A DNA stretch of 64,000 bases from Escherichia phage JLBYU28: sequence record OK272472.1; one strand, 5' to 3'. The notes below the pieces were generated by a model, which worked only from the letters and a program-made list of their open reading frames with translations, was not told where the DNA came from and made no database searches. Shown here piece after piece: positions 17,416 through 26,003 of this stretch; position 1 is the stretch's first letter, and each line of letters begins with the position of its first letter. Position numbers and translations under genes: made by a program.

Positions 17416-17592
17416 TTACTTATTAAACATTTTACCAGAACCACCACAAATAGGGCAACAACCTGCTCTTGTATACCCTTCTCCGTTACAGTAGTCACAC
17501 TTTTTGTGTTCTGCAAAGTACTTACAAAGAAGGCAAACAAATATTGCTACACTACCAAGTGACAGTAAAATTTCTATCCAATATGCTTGCAT
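17416..17592 (-). CDS. small membrane protein with zinc-ribbon-like CxxC...CxxC (58 aa; below track threshold)
   Basis: Hand translation MQAYWIEILLSLGSVAIFVCLLCKYFAEHKKCDYCNGEGYTRAGCCPICGGSGKMFNK. Confidence 0.4.
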   Translation of the reverse strand: MQAYWIEILLSLGSVAIFVCLLCKYFAEHKKCDYCNGEGYTRAGCCPICGGSGKMFNK

Positions 17593-17909
17593 GACTCACC
17601 TCTCATATTTTTGTAAAGGATAAAACTTCTGTCATGGACGATACTTGTAGATACTGCAAAGTTACTTTCAAGCATCTGTTTGTTTGGATTGTAGAAGCCT
17701 TCTTTAAACTCGTCAAGTGCAAATTGGTGATTGTCTGGAAGACCTTTTACACAAACCTTTATTGTGATTGCTGCTGCAATCTTGCCAGTCAGTTCTTCTT
17801 TAGCTGCTACTAAAATTTTGTTAAGGAACTTTTTACCATCTTCAGGTTTCTTAATGTTCTCCCAACGTTCTTCTAAGACAATGTTGATGTTCATCTCTTT
17901 GATTTTCAT
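17574..17909 (-). CDS. hypothetical protein (111 aa)
   Basis: ORF in track. Confidence 0.5.
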   Translation of the reverse strand: MKIKEMNINIVLEERWENIKKPEDGKKFLNKILVAAKEELTGKIAAAITIKVCVKGLPDNHQFALDEFKEGFYNPNKQMLESNFAVSTSIVHDRSFILYKNMRGESCKHIG

Positions 17910-17919
17910 AGTCTTCTCC

Positions 17920-17950
17920 AGAAATTAAAAAGGCTCCCGTAGGAGCCTCT
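17920..17950 (-). terminator. rho-independent terminator (GGCTCC-TACG-GGAGCC + U-run) downstream of Nampt-like gene
   Basis: Hairpin 17932-17947 followed by TTTTTAATTT on minus strand. Confidence 0.7.
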
Positions 17951-17962
17951 TATCATATACTT

Positions 17963-19744
17963 TTAAAGCTGCTTGTCAATATTATTTCGAATATCACCAA
18001 GAGTTGTGTAACCGTACTGCTCAGAGTCACTAAAGACTAAACGTAAAGCACAAGCTGGATGTTCAAGTGCATCTGCAAAGCTCTGGAATCCATAGCCATC
18101 TACAGCTTTCAACTTATCACCATCCCACATAGGTGCTACACCACCAAAAGCAGACTTCTTAACACCACTATCTGTTTTAGGGTCTTTTGCAAGCATAATC
18201 TCTTTACCACCAATGCTTGCAAGAGTTGCTTTAACAGCAAATGCAAAGGTGTCACGAGTCATGTACTGGTAAGTGTAAGAGCCTACGCCAAACACTACGT
18301 TAGAGCTTGCAAAACCCATTTCATACAGACGCTTCAGGATTTCGTTTGCACGTTCCAGCGTGATAGAGTCGCCATAGATAAGTCCGATATGCTCATCCAG
18401 TACCTTAAACCCTTTAGAGTTGATAGTTCCTCCAAAGATGTTATACAAAGTCTTAATAGCCCCATCAATCTCTGCTACAGGACGTGTTACAACGTTTGCA
18501 GAACCAACCATATAAGCATTTTTCAACATCACTGTATCAGCAACTTCAAAGTCTTCTCTGTCAACAACCATTTCGTAGCCTTCTGACAGTAGCCATCCAG
18601 CAATACCATAATTGATGTTTTCAAGCTTCATGTTCAGAACAGAGTTTAGCATTGTATCACTAGCTTCCAGCTTGCTAAGATGTTCATAATAAGCCTTCTT
18701 AGCACATTCTAAGTGGATTGCTTTATAACCTGTGACAATATGTACAGGGTCTCCAGAGTCAGGACGAATTACCAGTTTACCGTCACGTCCCATAATCTCT
18801 TTACGAAGTGCTGGTAAGATTTCTGACACAGTTCTCCAGAAGTTATAAGTGTCTGAGACAACACTTGCAATACCAGTTGGGTAAGTTTCTGTTAAGAAGC
18901 GACGGAAGGTTTGTAATTCACCTTTAAAGCGTCTTTCTTCTTCAATCAACTCATTACCACCTTCCAAAGCAATGTTTGCACACATTACAGAGTGTTCAGT
19001 GGCTGGTACAGAACCACCAATATCAGAGACTGGGTAAGACTGTCCGTAGATGCGTTTAGCTGTATATACAGCAGGGAAGCTATCAGTCCCTTTAAAGCTG
19101 GTTAAGTGGCCTACAGCGTTAAATGCGTCATCAGTAAAGCCGGACATACCACGCATAGCAAAGTCATGGCACTGATAAGGTAAATGTAAGTCATTGTCGC
19201 AAGTAAGGTCAGCCCACTTCTTACAGATACGTTTGTAGTGCAATGCAATAGTTGCGATGGTACAAGCCTTCCAAATCTCAGCAGAGAAAGCATCTTCCAG
19301 ATACCCTGCTACCCAATGGAAACCTGAAACAGTGTTCTGGAAGACAAGCATTGGTACACGCATAGGAACAACTGTGCCTTCTTCTACAGCGTATACTTCG
19401 ACTGGCAGATAACCTAAGTCATGAAGTGCTTCCCAATGCTCTCGACCAATAGCATCTTTGCCCAGAACACCGTTCATGACTTCTAAGATTTCGTCAATTG
19501 CTTCTTTTTTGTCACGTTCAAAGAAAGTGGCGTTCCAATGGTCTATCAAGTAATCTTTAACGAAACGTTGAATACCAAAAGCCACTACACCGTCAATTGC
19601 CAAAGGGCTGTTAAACCATTTATCACTACGTGGTGTCAGGTTCAACATAAGATATTGCGTAGCATCTGGATACTGATATATATGTGATGCCTTGTAAGCA
19701 TCTGCATTAAGACCTGCTGGTACTGCATAAAGTGATTTAGTCAT
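17963..19744 (-). CDS. nadV: nicotinamide phosphoribosyltransferase family protein (NadV/Nampt-like; possibly Namat of an NAD+ reconstitution pathway)
   Basis: Recalled Nampt-family blocks: DAYKASHIYQYP, EVYAVEEGTVVP, CHDFAMRG...FKGTDS, VVSDTYNF, RPDSGDP. Confidence 0.85.
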   Translation of the reverse strand: MTKSLYAVPAGLNADAYKASHIYQYPDATQYLMLNLTPRSDKWFNSPLAIDGVVAFGIQRFVKDYLIDHWNATFFERDKKEAIDEILEVMNGVLGKDAIGREHWEALHDLGYLPVEVYAVEEGTVVPMRVPMLVFQNTVSGFHWVAGYLEDAFSAEIWKACTIATIALHYKRICKKWADLTCDNDLHLPYQCHDFAMRGMSGFTDDAFNAVGHLTSFKGTDSFPAVYTAKRIYGQSYPVSDIGGSVPATEHSVMCANIALEGGNELIEEERRFKGELQTFRRFLTETYPTGIASVVSDTYNFWRTVSEILPALRKEIMGRDGKLVIRPDSGDPVHIVTGYKAIHLECAKKAYYEHLSKLEASDTMLNSVLNMKLENINYGIAGWLLSEGYEMVVDREDFEVADTVMLKNAYMVGSANVVTRPVAEIDGAIKTLYNIFGGTINSKGFKVLDEHIGLIYGDSITLERANEILKRLYEMGFASSNVVFGVGSYTYQYMTRDTFAFAVKATLASIGGKEIMLAKDPKTDSGVKKSAFGGVAPMWDGDKLKAVDGYGFQSFADALEHPACALRLVFSDSEQYGYTTLGDIRNNIDKQL

Positions 19745-19789
19745 CTTTTAATCTCTCTCAAAATGGGGCTTTTAAGCCCCTATAAACTT

Positions 19790-20686
19790 TCAATTAAGGT
19801 TTGCTACAGTAACTTGACTATGATGTGTTAAGCTACGGTCTTTAGCTTCTCCTAAAGAGTTTGTAGTGTAGATATGGTCAATACCATTGTCAAGTAAGTT
19901 TTCAACACCTTTAGAGAAAATACCATGAGTTACATATAGTTCCACACGTTTTGCACCTGCTTCACGAAGATGTTTCGCTGCTTCTATGAAGGTTCGACCA
20001 CCATCACAGATATCATCCAGAATCATGACAGTTTTATCTGTCAAATCAACATCATCAAGGATTCGCATACCAGTGATTTCACCAGTTTTGAGGTTGCGTA
20101 CTTTAGACATTGTGATGTATGGTTTATCTACCTCTTTAGCAGTCTCTGCAATCTTCTTAGAAGCACCTGCATCTGGAGCTACTAAGTAATCAATCAGTGG
20201 GTCATTTGCATAGTGGACTGCAATTTCCTTTTGAGGAATACTCTGGAAGCAGTTAAAAAGGTTATCTGGAACGTAACTGTGAGGGTCAACTGCACAGACT
20301 GCGCCAAATCCCAATGCATTAACCTGTTTAGCAAAAACCTTCAAAGCTGCTGCATCACCTTTAAACATGTGACGGTCATATCGTGCATTCGGTAAGTAGT
20401 AAAAGATGACAGTCTTTAAGGCATAATCATGAGGAATCAAATCATCAATTACCTCTTTAGCAAGTGCCACAGCAAACAGTGTGTCTTTGTCATAACCCTT
20501 TACAATCATAACCACATTGTTAATAGATGATGCTGCATAAGCAGTAAAATCAACAAACTCTGGCGAAAAGTGTCCACCAATCTCACCAGAAGGAAATTGG
20601 ATGATGTTAAACTCTTCTTCATGAGTTCCTTTAGTTGGTGAATGAATTGTAACACGGATAGATGTTTTCATAGTCTTCTCTCTCAA
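19790..20686 (-). CDS. prs: ribose-phosphate pyrophosphokinase family protein (Prs-like; possibly ADPR-pyrophosphate synthetase Adps)
   Basis: Prs blocks VAPDAGASKK, ILDDICDGGRT (PRPP-binding loop), VTHGIFS, IYTTNSL. Confidence 0.8.
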   Translation of the reverse strand: MREKTMKTSIRVTIHSPTKGTHEEEFNIIQFPSGEIGGHFSPEFVDFTAYAASSINNVVMIVKGYDKDTLFAVALAKEVIDDLIPHDYALKTVIFYYLPNARYDRHMFKGDAAALKVFAKQVNALGFGAVCAVDPHSYVPDNLFNCFQSIPQKEIAVHYANDPLIDYLVAPDAGASKKIAETAKEVDKPYITMSKVRNLKTGEITGMRILDDVDLTDKTVMILDDICDGGRTFIEAAKHLREAGAKRVELYVTHGIFSKGVENLLDNGIDHIYTTNSLGEAKDRSLTHHSQVTVANLN

Positions 20687-20797
20687 TCAAAAGTTACGTT
20701 TGTTACTGACATTGCAGCAGAACGTTTCAGGTTTGACAGATACATTTTATCTCCAAAATAAAAAGGGAACCTTTACAGCTCCCCCTATAGTATCTGT

Positions 20798-21118
20798 TTA
20801 CTGAGCTACTTTCAAGATGCTTGTGAATGAAATCTCACTCTCATCCATAGACTCTTTTGCTTCCCCAGTAACTTTTACAAAGTTATCTAGGCAGATAATC
20901 TTCTTATCTTTCTTGCTGTAAGTTAGCTTAACCTTTTCAATATCTTTCTTAGAGCTTTTCTCTTCATTAAAGAGCTTTACAGCTTCTTTGAATGGGAGGT
21001 ATGAGCCATCATCATCACTAATAAAGCCTGTGCCACAATAGTAGAGGTTGTATTCTTTAGCCATAAACTGGCACAGTACGAAAATCTGTAATTTGCGAGT
21101 GTTATAAACTTTGCTCAT
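20798..21118 (-). CDS. hypothetical protein (106 aa)
   Basis: ORF in track. Confidence 0.45.
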   Translation of the reverse strand: MSKVYNTRKLQIFVLCQFMAKEYNLYYCGTGFISDDDGSYLPFKEAVKLFNEEKSSKKDIEKVKLTYSKKDKKIICLDNFVKVTGEAKESMDESEISFTSILKVAQ

Positions 21119-21120
21119 GA

Positions 21121-21390
21121 TTATTTACCCTTCTTATTGCGTTTACGGTTACGGTTACGGTTACGAGCTTTCTTAGCTGCTCGTTTAATAGCTGCTGCAC
21201 CAGTTGGCCGATGTGCTTGTTTTTTACCACCTTTACCACGGCCTACATAGATACTTTTCATAATCTCATTAGCCAGCTTCTCATCCATCTTGAAGTTCTG
21301 CATAAGGTGAGTCACATCAACACCAGTGAGCATACCTAATGAAGCTAGTGCTGCTTTTACTTTTGATTTAAAACTATTCCAGAGTCCCAT
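21121..21390 (-). CDS. hypothetical protein with extremely basic C-terminal tail (RNRNRNRKRNKKGK)
   Basis: ORF in track; composition suggests nucleic-acid binding. Confidence 0.45.
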   Translation of the reverse strand: MGLWNSFKSKVKAALASLGMLTGVDVTHLMQNFKMDEKLANEIMKSIYVGRGKGGKKQAHRPTGAAAIKRAAKKARNRNRNRKRNKKGK

Positions 21391-21514
21391 TTCATATCTC
21401 TCTCAATCTTTTCACAAAATGTTTTAAGTTCTTTTCAGTGACACAAACGGTTAAGTTTGTTCTGTAGAACATTGTAAAGTGCCCCTTTACCGATAACCCA
21501 CTTTACGACGAGAC

Positions 21515-22000
21515 TTACTCGGCTCTCCATTGACAATCGCCTTGCCACCCATACTCTTTTCTCCAGAGGTTTTGGTTATCAGAACCACGATATGGTTTAA
21601 CTGTTGGTTTAGATGAATCATACTTACCATCAATCACCACGTCAACATATTTCATCACATCTAGGTGAATTTTTTCGTGTAACTGAAAACCTGTCCAGAG
21701 CCAGATAGATTTCTCTGGGTAAACAGTTTTAATACGTTTACATATGTCTGTAACCTCTTGAATATTTCTATCATCCAGAGGTTCTCCACCAAGTATTGAC
21801 AAACCACTGACAGCATTATCACCCATTAGCTGGATGATTCCGTAGAGGTTTGCATAAGTAAATACCTTACCAGCATTAAACTTCCAAGACTCCCTGTTAA
21901 AGCAGCCTTCACAGTGATGCTTACAACCAGCTACGAAGAGGCTTACACGAACCCCTTCACCATTAGCTGTGTCAAATGGTCGAATCTCCATGTAATTCAT
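21515..22000 (-). CDS. nrdG: anaerobic ribonucleotide reductase activating protein (radical SAM)
   Basis: CxxxCxxC motif (CKHHCEGC) near N-terminus; adjacent to nrdD. Confidence 0.8.
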   Translation of the reverse strand: MNYMEIRPFDTANGEGVRVSLFVAGCKHHCEGCFNRESWKFNAGKVFTYANLYGIIQLMGDNAVSGLSILGGEPLDDRNIQEVTDICKRIKTVYPEKSIWLWTGFQLHEKIHLDVMKYVDVVIDGKYDSSKPTVKPYRGSDNQNLWRKEYGWQGDCQWRAE

Positions 22001-22009
22001 CTAGTTACC

Positions 22010-22309
22010 TCACCAATACATATAAGTGTTCTTAGCGGCTTTCTTTGGAGACTTGCTATCAATGTCAAAGTCTTCATCTAAGAAGGATGTCTTAGAAAGC
22101 TGCCTGATTTGTGTTCTTGTAAGACGTTTAGTAGCCTTCTTAATCTCCCTACAAGGTTGACTTGTAAAGTCATAAGAGCCACCTTTTCTGGACATCATAT
22201 CAGAGTGGTAGTAGACCTCTGAAGCATTTTCTCTGTTACGTACCTCATTCCTCCACTCATAGAGTCCGTGAACGTTCTTTAAACCTTTTCTTCGAATTGT
22301 TTTACTCAT
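22010..22309 (-). CDS. hypothetical protein (99 aa)
   Basis: ORF in track. Confidence 0.45.
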   Translation of the reverse strand: MSKTIRRKGLKNVHGLYEWRNEVRNRENASEVYYHSDMMSRKGGSYDFTSQPCREIKKATKRLTRTQIRQLSKTSFLDEDFDIDSKSPKKAAKNTYMYW

Positions 22310-22701
22310 TCAAACACCACCTGACAAGGAACCTGTTTAATAATAAATTCTTCACAGTGCTCTTTAATGAAGTTTTGTAATGGTACACAATCTTGTGCGC
22401 AAGTCATTAGCATAATGTACTCTGGATTCATGATGTTTTCAAGGGTGTAGAAGACAACATCGTCAGATAGTTCATGACCGTCTTCTTCAGACCAAGTTCC
22501 AGTGACTACAGCTAATTTGTCAAGCAATTCATTAGGCAATGCTACACCATCTTCTACAGAATCACTTAGAACGTTATCACTGACATACAGTGTGAAGGTC
22601 ATATGAAATATTGAGTATCTTACGTGATTCTTTTCGCAAGAGCCACACTCTGAGGCGTAATCTTTAATCCACTCTAACTGTTTTTGGTTCAACTTAATCA
22701 T
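22306..22701 (-). CDS. hypothetical Cys-containing protein (131 aa)
   Basis: ORF in track. Confidence 0.45.
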   Translation of the reverse strand: MIKLNQKQLEWIKDYASECGSCEKNHVRYSIFHMTFTLYVSDNVLSDSVEDGVALPNELLDKLAVVTGTWSEEDGHELSDDVVFYTLENIMNPEYIMLMTCAQDCVPLQNFIKEHCEEFIIKQVPCQVVFE

Positions 22702-22898
22702 AACCTCACCTTAGTTGGTAATGCACTGAATGCTATAGCTAACCCTAAAAATGGTTTGAAGCATGACCATAAATCCATCTGACCGTGGTATGAGAAACCC
22801 CATTGTGGGTCAGAAAAGCCCCATACCATAACACTAACTCCAAAGAAGAAGACTAGTGTTCGGAGCATTGGTATCAATGCTTTTGGTATTTTAAACAT
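22698..22898 (-). CDS. small membrane protein (66 aa)
   Basis: Two hydrophobic segments. Confidence 0.4.
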   Translation of the reverse strand: MFKIPKALIPMLRTLVFFFGVSVMVWGFSDPQWGFSYHGQMDLWSCFKPFLGLAIAFSALPTKVRL

Positions 22899-23052
22899 TT
22901 TAACTTATCTCTCAATTCACAATAAGAGAGTTCTAAAAAGAACCCTAGTAAGACAGAGCCTATGAGCAACCCAATAATACTCTCTGCCATATATAACATC
23001 CAATAAAAAAGGTGATATAAGCCTATCAAGACCCACATCACCTTGTCAAGTT

Positions 23053-24021
23053 TTACATAGAGACTCTATCACGAATCTCAGCGATTTTTGCATCGTTCAT
23101 TCGGGATTCACCTTTAATCTTAGTCCATCCAAGATACCCACACACCCTGTTAATCACAGAGATATCATATGAATGGCAAACCTCACACTCTTCCACATCA
23201 GCCTTTGGTCTGTTACCACAATGTTCACAGATTGCTAAGTCAAAGTTAAGTCCTTGATAGAAACCTTTCAACATACCTCTCGTAATACAACTCTTAAGTG
23301 CTGATAAGTTTTCTGGGTTAGCTACTCTTACATACTGGATTCTACCACCTCTACAGATATGGAAGAATGGCTCTTCTAAGTCCTGCTTCTCAAATGGTGA
23401 GATGTCTGCTGCAACATTCATATGGAAACTGTTTGTAAAGTATTCCTTGTCAGAGACACCTTTAATAACGCCAAACATATCTCTGAACTGTTTTAACTGA
23501 GTTCCACAAAGTGATTCTGCTGGAGTGCCATATACCGCATACAAGAAGCCATCTTCGTTCTTAAACTCTTCAGTTTTCATGTTGATGTATTCTAGAACAT
23601 CGTATGCAAAACTACAGCTTCCAACTTCATGAAGTCGTTTACCTTCAGCAAGAACAGATAGCTCATCAAGCGCAGTAACCCCAAAAGAAGCTGTGAAGGA
23701 CTTCACGATATCCCAACCAACCCTGTCAGTAGGTTTCTTATTCCCTTTGTACAGACCACCTTGTGTAAATGCAAGAGGGTTAGAACTTGCTGGCATATTA
23801 GCAATCATTTCGTAACGTTTCTTGTGGAAGCTGCGAATCATTTCTAAGTACTTATCAAGCTCTTTCCAGAAATCTAAGCCATTCTCTTTAGAATACTGGT
23901 AAATCATTGGTAAGTTCAAAGATACAGCACCAATGTTAGCACGACCTACATAAAACTCTTCACCATTCTCGTTATGATATGGTGATAAGAACGCTCTACA
24001 CTTGTTGTTCAGGTAAGTTCG
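23053..24021 (-). CDS. nrdD: anaerobic ribonucleoside-triphosphate reductase NrdD, 3' exon
   Basis: Glycyl-radical motif RVCGYLG and zinc ribbon CEHCG...CEVC; reading frame open upstream of the track start as far as an in-frame TAG at 24022-24024. Confidence 0.8.
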   Translation of the reverse strand, partial: RTYLNNKCRAFLSPYHNENGEEFYVGRANIGAVSLNLPMIYQYSKENGLDFWKELDKYLEMIRSFHKKRYEMIANMPASSNPLAFTQGGLYKGNKKPTDRVGWDIVKSFTASFGVTALDELSVLAEGKRLHEVGSCSFAYDVLEYINMKTEEFKNEDGFLYAVYGTPAESLCGTQLKQFRDMFGVIKGVSDKEYFTNSFHMNVAADISPFEKQDLEEPFFHICRGGRIQYVRVANPENLSALKSCITRGMLKGFYQGLNFDLAICEHCGNRPKADVEECEVCHSYDISVINRVCGYLGWTKIKGESRMNDAKIAEIRDRVSM

Positions 24022-24313
24022 CTAAGCTTACCCCGCTTTATTCAAGCTGCTTACTGTCGCCAGTAAGTCCAGACTATATCTTCTACTTATTTCTAAGTAG
24101 CGTACCATTTCGAGTCGCTTGACCCTACACCGCTACATTCATCACGGTTAGTCGTTCGGCATTTAGATGTATTCAAACTCATATTCGAAGTTATTTGGCA
24201 TGTAAGACTCCTATGTTGTATAGTTTCTTACATCATACACCATTTAGCACAGGATTGTCTACATCTGTAGAGTTTCCCTGTTTAGGCACGTTTTAGATGA
24301 GCTATAGAGCTTG
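24022..24313 (-). other. putative group I intron interrupting nrdD (5' boundary not resolved)
   Basis: Non-coding gap inside a single gene; minus-strand GACUA (in aacgactaacc) and UAGUC (in atatagtctgg) candidates for P7, followed by stem-loops and a terminal G. Confidence 0.55.
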
Positions 24314-25513
24314 TTAACCCATCGGTGAAATTACCTTACCAGAACGCTCAAAAGCCTCTGCTACAGCACCATGACCAGATACACTTAAGAAGTCTGGATA
24401 CATTGCTTTAGAGCAACACTCAATGGCTTTACTGTACAGGTGACCTTGACAAATATTCTCATCATGTCTCTTCTGGTCATAGATATAAACCAGTTTAGGA
24501 AATACAACCGGTTTTTTGCTCTTACCTTGTCCGTTCATACGAACATCTAGGAGAGTACTTGCAATCATATATTGCAGTCGGTTATCTTCATTAGACATAT
24601 CTGAGTCAAGTAACCCGAATGTCAAAGTTGTAAATGCAAAATCCCCACGGCTACAAGGTACGGTATTTAGTTTCATCTCAAGTGACTGAAAACCTTGAGT
24701 CAGTTCAATTTGTAACTGCTCCATTACATAGTTATGGTAATGTTCTTTAGGAATACCGTAAGATGCTGCTTTCTCAGCATGATAGCGTAGAGACTTCTTA
24801 GCATACGGTACAAGCACCTTATCAATCTCTGCTAAAGTAAATCCACCAAATTGCTGTGCAGTTGCTGAAAGAACTACATCACCAATAACCTGTAAGGCTG
24901 ACAGCACAGACTTCGGTTCACAGTATTCAATGCCAGACATTTCAAAGCCACCTTTCAGTACTTTACCGATGTCAAACAGGCAACAGTTGATACCACCAAA
25001 AATTAGGTCTCTTAAGTCATGGATGTAGATAAACCCTTTTTCAATGGCTTCGAGTTCCTCTGGTGTTAAATGGTATTGTTTAAAGATTTCTTTAGTCAGA
25101 TAGCCACGAATAATTGAACCTTTTGTAGAAATTAAACTGCTGTCAAAGTTAGCATTTTCACGGTCACCTAAGAAGAGTGTATCCTTAGTCTTCTGGTAAA
25201 GTTCATCCCAATTTTGAGCAACCTCTTTACGGTAATTTCTATACGTTGAGTAAGACTCATAAATCTCGTGATTGACTTCTGCCAAAGCACCCTCAACAAT
25301 ACTGTGAATATCATTTACTGAAACGAGTAAATTATTCTGCTTAGTAGATTTTACCAGAATCCTCATAAATGCTGACTCAAGAGCTTGAGTAACATCTGGT
25401 GGAAGCTCTTTATAACCAACTCTGTTAGCTGACTTTGTGACTGCTGCTAAAACTTTTTTGATATCAGGTTCTTCGAGTGAGCCATTCTTTTTAATAATCT
25501 GTACTTTGTTCAT
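24314..25513 (-). CDS. nrdD: anaerobic ribonucleoside-triphosphate reductase NrdD, 5' exon (ORF as seen; true splice donor lies upstream of the in-frame stop)
   Basis: N-terminal ATP-cone-like region; same protein as the downstream exon. Confidence 0.75.
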   Translation of the reverse strand: MNKVQIIKKNGSLEEPDIKKVLAAVTKSANRVGYKELPPDVTQALESAFMRILVKSTKQNNLLVSVNDIHSIVEGALAEVNHEIYESYSTYRNYRKEVAQNWDELYQKTKDTLFLGDRENANFDSSLISTKGSIIRGYLTKEIFKQYHLTPEELEAIEKGFIYIHDLRDLIFGGINCCLFDIGKVLKGGFEMSGIEYCEPKSVLSALQVIGDVVLSATAQQFGGFTLAEIDKVLVPYAKKSLRYHAEKAASYGIPKEHYHNYVMEQLQIELTQGFQSLEMKLNTVPCSRGDFAFTTLTFGLLDSDMSNEDNRLQYMIASTLLDVRMNGQGKSKKPVVFPKLVYIYDQKRHDENICQGHLYSKAIECCSKAMYPDFLSVSGHGAVAEAFERSGKVISPMG

Positions 25514-25534
25514 TATTGCCCCTTTACATGCTAA

Positions 25535-25556
25535 AAAGGTCTCCGAAGAGACCCTT
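25535..25556 (-). terminator. terminator/attenuator hairpin upstream of nrdD
   Basis: Minus-strand GGGTCTC-TTCG-GAGACCT followed by TTTTT; lies ~20 nt before the nrdD ATG. Confidence 0.5.
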
Positions 25557-25561
25557 TCATT

Positions 25562-25768
25562 TTAAATCTTTTTAGAAAACTTCGCAAAGAGTTCTCTTAG
25601 CTTTTCAGTGATACCAAGATGTATCTCTAGGATTTCAAATATAACCCATAGTAACATGACTCCAAACAACAAACCTTGTTCAAAGTCAGTAAATAGGTTA
25701 ACAACAAGCATACCAATTACAATAGCTGGTGCATCAATAACCAAACCTTCCCAAAGGCGTTTAAGCAT
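25562..25768 (-). CDS. small membrane protein (68 aa)
   Basis: Hydrophobic segments. Confidence 0.45.
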   Translation of the reverse strand: MLKRLWEGLVIDAPAIVIGMLVVNLFTDFEQGLLFGVMLLWVIFEILEIHLGITEKLRELFAKFSKKI

Positions 25769-26003
25769 TATTCACCTCTGCCATAAAATTCTGTAGCGTA
25801 CCAACAGGTTTTAGGTTTTGTCCATCAGTTTTCATGATGAATGGCATCTGACGAACTGGCATCTGTGCAATGTCCATTAGTTCCGATAGCTCATAGTCCT
25901 GCCCTAACATTCTCACAACATGGTCAATACCACGAGCTTTTGCAAAATTCTTTGCAGTCTCACACTGAGGACATCCAGTTTTGGAGTAAATTACATAAGT
26001 CAT
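25761..26003 (-). CDS. glutaredoxin-like protein (NrdH/Grx type)
   Basis: CPQC active site in first 15 residues; ~80 aa; next to nrd genes. Confidence 0.75.
   Translation of the reverse strand: MTYVIYSKTGCPQCETAKNFAKARGIDHVVRMLGQDYELSELMDIAQMPVRQMPFIMKTDGQNLKPVGTLQNFMAEVNNA

Noticed and set aside
19765-19780. Terminator between the Prs-like and Nampt-like genes
   Set aside because: GGGGCT-TTTA-AGCCCC hairpin exists but is followed by only a weak U-tract on the transcribed strand; more likely an attenuator or stabilising structure, so the two genes are treated as co-transcribed.
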